This document shows, piece by piece, positions 56,865 through 64,000 of a stretch of 64,000 nucleotides of DNA. Numbering within the stretch: position 1 is the stretch's first letter; each line of letters begins with the position of its first letter. The notes beneath the pieces were generated by a model. It was given only the letters and a program-made list of their open reading frames with translations, was not told where the DNA came from and ran no database searches. The DNA comes from Bacteroidota bacterium (lineage in GTDB: Bacteria; Bacteroidota; Bacteroidia; Flavobacteriales; Flavobacteriaceae). The position numbers and the translations under genes are program-made. The stretch covers positions 3,025 through 67,024 of the forward strand of contig JBCBDM010000001.1 of NCBI GenBank assembly GCA_038529705.1. Reading direction: 5' to 3'.

Positions 56865-57797
56865 ATGCTCAAGGTAGCTATTGCATCCTTTTCCTATTCA
56901 GAAAGTGAAATTCTGAAAGACATCTCCTTCCAACTGAAAAGAGGGCATCATCTTGCTGTATTGGGAGAAAGTGGTTGTGGAAAGTCTACACTCCTCCATA
57001 TCATCTATGGTTTGCTTCATCTGGAAAATGGAACCCTTTATTGGGACGATAAAAAACTCCTGGGACCTAAATACAATCTTATTCCCGGAGAGCCTTTCAT
57101 GAAATTGGTCGCGCAAGAGTTTAATGTAATGCCTTTTATTTCGGTGGCTGATAATATCGCCACTCATCTATCTCGTCAAGATATGGAAAGCGATAGGGCC
57201 AGAGTGAATGAACTTCTGGATGTCGTAGACCTCAAAACTTTTAAGGATACCCAGGTGAAGTTATTAAGCGGGGGCCAAAAACAACGTGTTGCCCTGGCAA
57301 AGGCCCTGGCCAAGCAACCCGAAATACTGCTGTTGGATGAACCCTTCAGCAACATTGACACCTTTAGGAAGAACAAATTAAGACGAAATCTCTTTGCTTA
57401 TCTAAAGCAGAAAAATATTTCCAGTATAACGGCCACCCACGACAGCGAAGAGGCCCTGGCTTTTTCAGATCGTATCCTTATGCTAAAAAAGGGTAAGTTA
57501 GAATCATTTGGTACACCCGAGGAAGTCTACCGAAAGGCAAGCACTCCTTATCAGGCAGGTTTTTTTGGAGAAGTAACCCATTTGCCCGCTGGCCTCTTTT
57601 CTTCGGAAGCTGAGATCCTGTTACCACATCAATTAAAGGTTTCAGAAAAGAAAACCAAATTCCAGGTCACCGTTGAGCGAAGTTATTTTAAAGGAAGCTG
57701 CTATCTAATTCTGGCGAATTGGAACGGTCAAAATGTTTTCTTTCAACATGGAAATAGCCTCGATAAGGAAAGTAATGTCTATCTTCAAAAAGCCTAA
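56865..57797 (+). CDS. ABC transporter ATP-binding protein (no permease adjacent)
   Basis: GESGCGKST, LSGGQKQRVA, LLLDEPF; probable ATG 56865. Confidence 0.9.
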   Translation: MLKVAIASFSYSESEILKDISFQLKRGHHLAVLGESGCGKSTLLHIIYGLLHLENGTLYWDDKKLLGPKYNLIPGEPFMKLVAQEFNVMPFISVADNIATHLSRQDMESDRARVNELLDVVDLKTFKDTQVKLLSGGQKQRVALAKALAKQPEILLLDEPFSNIDTFRKNKLRRNLFAYLKQKNISSITATHDSEEALAFSDRILMLKKGKLESFGTPEEVYRKASTPYQAGFFGEVTHLPAGLFSSEAEILLPHQLKVSEKKTKFQVTVERSYFKGSCYLILANWNGQNVFFQHGNSLDKESNVYLQKA

Positions 57798-57845
57798 GCC
57801 TTAGGTCAATATATTGTATCTTTAAATACACCAAAAAAAGTAATC

Positions 57846-58727
57846 ATGGGTAATAATAAAATGCTCGTAGAAGAAAGACAGGCGGATATCGGAAAGTTTC
57901 TGGTAGGTCGATTACTTCCCTTTCGAAAGAAGCGGCAGGTGGGACCCTTTACTTTTATAGATCATATGGGCCCTGGCCAGGTAGGTCCAACCAGCTATTT
58001 GGATGTAGATCAACATCCTCATATCGGGCTTTCAACACTTACCTATCTCCTGGATGGGGCTGTTGAGCATAAGGACAGTACCGGAGCCATTCAGTTAATT
58101 AATGCCGGAGACGTTGGGTTTATGTCTTCCGGAAAAGGAGTGACCCATACCGAAAGGACTCCGGAACATTTACGTGATGGAACTTCTCATGGTATTCATG
58201 GGTATCAAGTATGGGTGGCTTTACCCATAGAGCAGGAAGAAATGGATCCGCGGTTCGACTTTGTTGCAAAAGATCAGCTCCCCAATTGGCAGGAAAACGG
58301 CTTAGATCTCACCCTGGTGGCCGGTTCGGCCTTTGGTAGAAAATCACCCTTACCGGTTTACTCTCCACTTTTCATGGTAGATATAAAAGCAAACAGGGAA
58401 ACCTGTCTTGAAATCCACGGTCAGTTGGAAGGAGAGATTGCCATTGTAGTCACTCAAGGACGGGTTCAAGATGAAAATGATACCATCTCTGAAGGACAGA
58501 TGCTCATTTCAAAAACGGAGAACGAATGTGTAATAACATTAGAGGAAAACAGCCGGGTATTATTTTTTGGAGGACAACCCTTGCCTGAACCAAGGTATTT
58601 GTTTTGGAACTTCGTTTCATCTTCCAAAGAACGACTGGAACGGGCTAAAAATGAATGGCAAGAGAAACAATTTCCCCAAGTCCCGGGAGACAGCACCTAT
58701 ATTCCTTTGCCAAAACCAAGATTCTAA
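57846..58727 (+). CDS. Pirin family protein
   Basis: GPFTFIDHMG, HPHIGLSTLTY, H.E metal ligands. Confidence 0.92.
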   Translation: MGNNKMLVEERQADIGKFLVGRLLPFRKKRQVGPFTFIDHMGPGQVGPTSYLDVDQHPHIGLSTLTYLLDGAVEHKDSTGAIQLINAGDVGFMSSGKGVTHTERTPEHLRDGTSHGIHGYQVWVALPIEQEEMDPRFDFVAKDQLPNWQENGLDLTLVAGSAFGRKSPLPVYSPLFMVDIKANRETCLEIHGQLEGEIAIVVTQGRVQDENDTISEGQMLISKTENECVITLEENSRVLFFGGQPLPEPRYLFWNFVSSSKERLERAKNEWQEKQFPQVPGDSTYIPLPKPRF

Positions 58728-58835
58728 GAGGTTTTGTCTTTTACGAATCTATGACTTCCTGTGACATCTTATAGAAAATCGATCCTCTCTCCTTGAAAAA
58801 GGGTTATCTTTATAATTACAACTAATTTGTATTTT

Positions 58836-61139
58836 ATGAAGGCCACACTATTCGTATTCATTGGCATTCTGTTTATTTCTGTATCGGCGCAACCTTCAGA
58901 AATAACCTCTCGCCGGATCAGCCAAAGTTATCCCCTTAAAGATTCTCTTGAGATCGAGAAAAAGATAGATTCTCTACTAGCCATAATGACCCTTGAGGAA
59001 AAAATTGGACAAATGAACCAATACAATGGTTTTTGGAATGTTACAGGACCAGCACCAAAGGGAGGTGATTCCAAAAAAAAATATGAGCATCTTCGTAAAG
59101 GATATGTAGGCTCCATGTTGAATGTTCGCGGTGTAGAACAGGTGCGAGCAGTGCAAAAAATTGCTGTCGAGGAAACCCGTTTAGGTATTCCCCTCATTAT
59201 TGGTTTTGACCTCATACACGGCTACAAAACAATAAGTCCAATCCCCTTGGCGGAATCGGCCAGTTGGGATCTTGACGCAATAAAAAGATCAGCGGAAGTG
59301 GCAGCTTCGGAAGCAGCGGCCTCCGGAATTAATTGGACCTTTGCTCCCATGGTGGACATTTCCAGAGATGCCCGATGGGGTAGAGTGATGGAAGGTGCTG
59401 GCGAAGACCCCTATTTGGGAAGTGCAATTGCCAAAGCAAGGGTTCATGGTTTTCAAGGCACAGATCTTTCTTCCGAATTAACAATCGCTGCCTGCGCCAA
59501 ACATTTTGCCGGATATGGTTTTTCTGAAGCTGGACGAGATTATAACACTGTTGACATTGGGACGTCCACCTTGTACAATACAGTTTTTCCCCCATTCATT
59601 GCTGCAGTTGAGGCGGATGTAAAAACCTTTATGAACTCTTTTAATGAGCTGAATGGTATTCCCGCAACCGGAAGCGAATTTCTCCAAAGAGATGTCTTAA
59701 AAGGGGCCTGGAACTATGATGGTTTTATCGTTTCTGATTGGGGTTCGATACGTGAAATGATAACCCATGGATACGTAGAAGACGGAAAAAAAGCAGCAAA
59801 ATTGGCCGTAAGTGCCGGTTCCGATATGGACATGGAATCTTATCTATATGTATCAGAGCTAGCAGCCCTTGTTCGAAATAATGAAGTACAAGAATCTCTG
59901 ATAGATGATGCGGCACGACGCATTCTACGTGTAAAATTTGAATTAGGTCTATTCGAAGATCCTTATAAATATTGCGATCTCCAAAGAGAAAAAACGGTGA
60001 TAAATTCAAAGGAAAATCACGAAGCTGTATTAGATATGGCAAAAAAATCCATAGTGCTGCTGAAAAATGAAGATCGGTTGCTACCTCTTCCTAAAAGTGG
60101 AAAAAAGATTGGACTCATTGGCGCTTTGGCAGCAGACAAGAACAGTCCATTGGGAAGTTGGCGTATTGCCGCTGACGATAATACAGCTGTTTCAGTACTA
60201 GAGGGAATGAAACAATACCCAGGAAATGAGCTTCGCTATGCCGAAGGCACCAAAGTAACCTTAGGACCTACAACCTTTATATCAGAGCTCAAGATAAATA
60301 CTTCAGACCGAAGTGGATTTGCGCAAGCCGTTGAACTCGCGAAAGGTGTAGATGTGGTCGTATTGGCATTAGGGGAACACGGATTTCAGAGTGGGGAAGG
60401 CCGAAGCCGAACCCAACTGGACCTCCCCGGATTACAGCAAGAATTGTTGGAAGAGGTCTTTAAAGTAAATTCAAATGTCGTTCTCGTATTGATGAATGGT
60501 AGGCCCCTCACCATTTCCTGGGCGGACGAAAATATTCCTGCAATTGTTGAAGCCTGGCATCTGGGAAGTCAAAGCGGAAATGCTATAGCCCAAGTGTTAT
60601 ATGGAGATTACAACCCCAGCGGAAAATTGCCTATGTCATTCCCAAGAAATATTGGCCAAGTGCCTATCTATTACAATGCAAAAAACACGGGACGCCCTTT
60701 TATGCCTGCACCGAATCTAGTGTTCTGGTCTCATTACAATGATGCCCCTAATTCCCCTTTGTACCCCTTTGGCCATGGTCTTAGTTATACTACTTTTCGT
60801 TATGAAGACCTTCAGGTTGAAAGAGTTTCCAACGCAAAAGCAGCATTTCGTGTGACTGTAAAATTAACAAATACAGGAAATGTGTCTGGAAAAGAAGTAG
60901 TTCAACTTTATTTGAGAGATGTTCATGCTACGGTTACCAGGCCTATAAAAGAACTAAAGGGTTTTAAGTTGGTTTCTCTCGAACCTGGAACATCCAAGAA
61001 TATTGAGTTTCTATTAACCGATAAAGAACTTGGGTTCTTTACAAATGATGGTGAATGGACCACAGAAAGTGGCATCTTCGAAGTTTATGTCGGGGGAAGT
61101 TCCGCTACCAATTATAAACAAAGCTTTCGCCTAGATTAA
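58836..61139 (+). CDS. bglX: Periplasmic beta-glucosidase, GH3
   Basis: TLEEKIGQM, RDARWGR, KHFAGYG, SDWG nucleophile, GEGRSR, YPFGHGLSYT, FnIII-like C-terminus. Confidence 0.93.
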   Translation: MKATLFVFIGILFISVSAQPSEITSRRISQSYPLKDSLEIEKKIDSLLAIMTLEEKIGQMNQYNGFWNVTGPAPKGGDSKKKYEHLRKGYVGSMLNVRGVEQVRAVQKIAVEETRLGIPLIIGFDLIHGYKTISPIPLAESASWDLDAIKRSAEVAASEAAASGINWTFAPMVDISRDARWGRVMEGAGEDPYLGSAIAKARVHGFQGTDLSSELTIAACAKHFAGYGFSEAGRDYNTVDIGTSTLYNTVFPPFIAAVEADVKTFMNSFNELNGIPATGSEFLQRDVLKGAWNYDGFIVSDWGSIREMITHGYVEDGKKAAKLAVSAGSDMDMESYLYVSELAALVRNNEVQESLIDDAARRILRVKFELGLFEDPYKYCDLQREKTVINSKENHEAVLDMAKKSIVLLKNEDRLLPLPKSGKKIGLIGALAADKNSPLGSWRIAADDNTAVSVLEGMKQYPGNELRYAEGTKVTLGPTTFISELKINTSDRSGFAQAVELAKGVDVVVLALGEHGFQSGEGRSRTQLDLPGLQQELLEEVFKVNSNVVLVLMNGRPLTISWADENIPAIVEAWHLGSQSGNAIAQVLYGDYNPSGKLPMSFPRNIGQVPIYYNAKNTGRPFMPAPNLVFWSHYNDAPNSPLYPFGHGLSYTTFRYEDLQVERVSNAKAAFRVTVKLTNTGNVSGKEVVQLYLRDVHATVTRPIKELKGFKLVSLEPGTSKNIEFLLTDKELGFFTNDGEWTTESGIFEVYVGGSSATNYKQSFRLD

Positions 61140-61158
61140 CTCCAAACAAAAAGATGTT

Positions 61159-61692
61159 ATGAAAAGAATAGTCACTATTTCCATTTTAGTCCTTTCCACC
61201 TTTTCCATAAGTTATTCTCAACCAAAAACGGATCCTTACCTCGAGAAGGTTCAGACGCTTGATAATACCTTGAAAACACTGTACGATGTAATCTCCGGGG
61301 AGAAAGGAGTAGAAAGAAATTGGGAGCTTTTTAAATATCTTTTCCAGCCAGGAGCCAAGCTTATTCCTTCCGGCAAGAACCGAGAAGGAGTTGTGAACCT
61401 TCGTTATATGACCCCAGACGACTATATTGAATCCTCCGGCACCTGGTTGATAGAAAACGGGTTTTTTGAAAGTGAAATACATAGAACAGTGCAGACCTTT
61501 GGAAACATCACTCAGGTTTTCAGCACCTATGAATCCTTCCACAGTATAACCGAAACAGAACCTTTTATGAGAGGGATTAACAGTATTCAACTTCTGAATG
61601 ATGGCAAACGATGGTGGATCGTAAATATATATTGGACCCAGGAGACAGAGGAAAACCCTATTCCAAAGGACTTTCTTGAAAAGAAAGGATAG
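61159..61692 (+). CDS. Hypothetical secreted NTF2/SnoaL-like protein
   Basis: Signal peptide; F.E.EI.R.VQTFGNI.QVFSTYE, GINSIQL...RWWI. Confidence 0.65.
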   Translation: MKRIVTISILVLSTFSISYSQPKTDPYLEKVQTLDNTLKTLYDVISGEKGVERNWELFKYLFQPGAKLIPSGKNREGVVNLRYMTPDDYIESSGTWLIENGFFESEIHRTVQTFGNITQVFSTYESFHSITETEPFMRGINSIQLLNDGKRWWIVNIYWTQETEENPIPKDFLEKKG

Positions 61693-61762
61693 TACTACCA
61701 AGCCATGCGTTTGTAACAAAATTTCCTTTCCTGGCACTCATTAGGAGAACCAACCTTTTTCT

Positions 61763-62227
61763 ATGAATCATATCCTGCGTCACCTTCAACCCATTCGACA
61801 AACCAAAATTATCCTCGCCGTTGTTATCTCCTTATTTTCTTTGTACCTCTTATATGAAGGGATGCTCTTCGGATTGATCCTGCTGGCCGTAGGAATAAAA
61901 TTGAGTTTGCGAACGGGAATTGAAGTAGACCTTCATGGGAAGTGCTATCGTACGATCTACTCCATCTTTGGAACTGTTTTTGGCAGTTGGAAGAATCTTC
62001 CGGAGATCGAATATATTTCGGTTTTCAAGACTAAAAAGAAAAGTAGAGCCCGAGTTATTACCGCCGAAGCCAGTTTGGATTTTGTTGTGTACAAGCTCAA
62101 CCTTTTCTATGATCGAAACCAACATATTGAGGCCTATGTCACAGAGCATAGAGACAACGCCTTTGAAGTTGCCAACCAAATGGCCAACGTGTTAAAAACC
62201 GAAATTTACGACGCCACCAACGACTAA
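61763..62227 (+). CDS. Hypothetical membrane protein
   Basis: Two N-terminal TM helices followed by a soluble domain. Confidence 0.6.
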   Translation: MNHILRHLQPIRQTKIILAVVISLFSLYLLYEGMLFGLILLAVGIKLSLRTGIEVDLHGKCYRTIYSIFGTVFGSWKNLPEIEYISVFKTKKKSRARVITAEASLDFVVYKLNLFYDRNQHIEAYVTEHRDNAFEVANQMANVLKTEIYDATND

Positions 62228-62682
62228 CACACGTCCAAAATGGTATGATGCTTTCCACTAAAAGTAAAGGCATCCCCTTCTTTCTTTCCTAAAAGCAACT
62301 GCCCTATGGGTGATCCCAAAGAGACGCAGATATAATGGGTCCCATTTACGAAGACCATTCCTGCCGAAATACTTAGAAAATATTTTGCATTCTTGGTCGT
62401 CACTAAGCTTCCCATGTGCACCGTATCTGAATTTTGATATACCGAGATTCTGCGTAAAATGGCTTCTACTTTTTCCACTTCCATAAGCTGATATCCTACA
62501 TTCTCACGTTCTATTTGGAGCATAGCTCTACCTGTATTGTGCTTATCGCCTGCCGAACTTTTGCTTTCTTCAAACATAGAATCCTCTATACGAGACATGG
62601 AGGCAAGCACTTTTTGCTTTCGATCCTTCACATGTTTCACACACATCAATAACAAGGCTTCTTTTAATTCGATGCAGGTCAT
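62224..62682 (-). CDS. GreA/GreB-like protein
   Basis: SSAGDKHNTGRAM coiled-coil tip; SLGSPIGQLLLGKKEGD. Confidence 0.7.
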   Translation of the reverse strand: MTCIELKEALLLMCVKHVKDRKQKVLASMSRIEDSMFEESKSSAGDKHNTGRAMLQIERENVGYQLMEVEKVEAILRRISVYQNSDTVHMGSLVTTKNAKYFLSISAGMVFVNGTHYICVSLGSPIGQLLLGKKEGDAFTFSGKHHTILDVC

Positions 62683-63359
62683 TTTTTTGCGAGATTTAAA
62701 TGTCCAAAATTATTCATTTGCAGTAAGATCCATTGCTTTCGGTTCTCTATATAAGTGGTCCTTGGAGTAGCTTTATACCTTCTCGGATTCGGTAATATAG
62801 CGGCTATGGCGGCAGACTCATGAGTGGAAAGGTCTTCGGCACTGGTATGGAACCAATAGCTGGCGGCAGCTTCAGCACCATAGATCCCGTCTCCCATTTC
62901 GATACTGTTTAGATATACTTCCAAAATACGTTCCTTGCTCCATAGGGTCTCAATAAGAAAGGTGAAGTAGGTTTCCAGTCCCTTCCTCAACCAACTTCTT
63001 CCGGGCCAGAGAAATACATTTTTAGCCGTTTGTTGAGAAATTGTACTTCCTCCTCTCAGCCGTTTTCCATTTCGATTACTTTGGTACGCCTTTTCGATGG
63101 CTTCATAATCAAAACCTTTATGGTTTAAAAACTGCTGGTCCTCGGCACAAATCACGGCTAACTGAAATTCTCTGGAGATTTCATCCATGGAAACCCAGTT
63201 ATGTTGTGTTTCATAGCTAGAACCTCCCTGGGAAGCCCGAATGGCCATAAGGGGTGTATATGGTACGGGTACGTACTTGTATAGAACTACCCAGGCCACT
63301 GAGAGTAGAACAAACCAAAGTAAGGTTTTAAAGAGAAATTTGGTGAGTCTCTTAAGCAT
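62679..63359 (-). CDS. mtgA: Monofunctional biosynthetic peptidoglycan transglycosylase
   Basis: EDQQF..H.GFD, RGGSTISQQTAKN, RKGLE, ILEVYLN; probable start MLKRL (ORF track begins 63389). Confidence 0.93.
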   Translation of the reverse strand: MLKRLTKFLFKTLLWFVLLSVAWVVLYKYVPVPYTPLMAIRASQGGSSYETQHNWVSMDEISREFQLAVICAEDQQFLNHKGFDYEAIEKAYQSNRNGKRLRGGSTISQQTAKNVFLWPGRSWLRKGLETYFTFLIETLWSKERILEVYLNSIEMGDGIYGAEAAASYWFHTSAEDLSTHESAAIAAILPNPRRYKATPRTTYIENRKQWILLQMNNFGHLNLAKK

Positions 63360-63437
63360 AGTTAGATTCAGCATGGTCTCCCTTGCCAACTTTCCCCTTT
63401 ACCTCAGGACAAAGTAAGCCAGAGAAGTGATGTTAGT

Positions 63438-64000
63438 TTATATTAATTCCGCAAGCTGCGCTCCTATGGAGCTTCCTATGGCTACGCCCATTCCCCCTAA
63501 ACGGACACCGCAAAAGACATTGGGTGTCAATTCTTTGACGATTGGTTGTTTTTGAGCGCCTACTCCCATAATTCCGCTCCAACGAGTATCTATTTCAAAC
63601 GTCATTTCAGGTAGAATTGTTGTACGTAAAATAGTCTCAAGGGAATTCTGAACCAGCGTTGTGAGCCCAACACTGGAAGTTTCTTCTCCTTTGAAGTCTA
63701 AGTTTCGGCCGCCACCAAAAAGAATTCTGTTATCGATGTTCCTAAAATAGTAGTATCCTCGGTCCAAATGAAAGGTGCCCTTGATCTTTAAATTTGCAAT
63801 AGGATGGGTAATGAGCACTTGGGCCCGGGCCGGTTGAACATCTTCATTTAGTAGTTGCCTGGCGAAACCATTGGTGGCAATGAGGAGCTTACTTGCTGAA
63901 ATTTCATATAAATCATTCAAAACGAACGAAACCTGGTCATTTTTGGAAGAAAATGCAGTGATTTGAGCCGAATTTATGATAGAAATGTCATTTTTTGAGC
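63438..64000 (-). CDS. FAD-dependent oxidoreductase (DAO family), C-terminal part; begins beyond the right edge
   Basis: Frame open to base 64000; IATNGF, GYYYFR, WSGIMG, GGMGVAIG. Confidence 0.85.
   Translation of the reverse strand, partial: SKNDISIINSAQITAFSSKNDQVSFVLNDLYEISASKLLIATNGFARQLLNEDVQPARAQVLITHPIANLKIKGTFHLDRGYYYFRNIDNRILFGGGRNLDFKGEETSSVGLTTLVQNSLETILRTTILPEMTFEIDTRWSGIMGVGAQKQPIVKELTPNVFCGVRLGGMGVAIGSSIGAQLAELI

Noticed and set aside
56865-57797. Orphan ABC ATPase as a special system
   Set aside because: Dispersed ABC components are common in Flavobacteriaceae; nothing in the sequence marks this one as unusual.
61186-61737. Long antisense ORFs (also 12010-12546, 52993-53511, 4193-4678 and similar)
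   Set aside because: Shadow frames opposite well-supported genes, with no motifs or independent expression signals.

Overview
Window from a Flavobacteriaceae-like (Bacteroidota) chromosome, judged from T9SS C-terminal domains, TAnnTTTG-type promoter boxes and the flavobacterial gene set. The left ~27 kb is an accessory locus built around a divergent promoter region at ~17.5-17.7 kb. Rightward it encodes a type IV filament/T2SS-like machine: pilin, prepilin peptidase, GspE-type ATPase, GspD-type secretin, and PilM/GspL- and PilO/GspM-like proteins. Leftward runs an apparent operon: OmpH/Skp, a lipoprotein, a 1936-aa YD/TcB-like protein, a 1747-aa Rhs protein with a DPDG autocleavage motif and an AT-rich C-terminal domain, and an overlapping AT-rich putative immunity gene. 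Further left lie more T2SS-like parts (a PilP/GspC-like gene and a GspK/PilX-like gene cut by the window edge). Both giant YD/Rhs proteins have Sec-type signal peptides and no T9SS CTD, and no VgrG, PAAR or TcA gene is in the window. My main hypothesis is therefore a two-chain Rhs ('BC-like') polymorphic toxin exported by a dedicated Bacteroidota T2SS-like secretin system. The locus ends with two tandem membrane TPR-AraC regulators, a 58-bp direct repeat and tRNA-Ala(GGC). The remaining ~36 kb is mostly housekeeping (queD, lpxH, recJ, rsmI, tdk, alr, mscL, asd, bglX, mtgA) with several T9SS cargo proteins, a probable Flavo-1-type element, an unannotated 43-aa ORF, an unusual 627-aa protein and a probably surface-exposed diheme cytochrome c lipoprotein. 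All family calls come from motif recognition by eye; no database searches were run.
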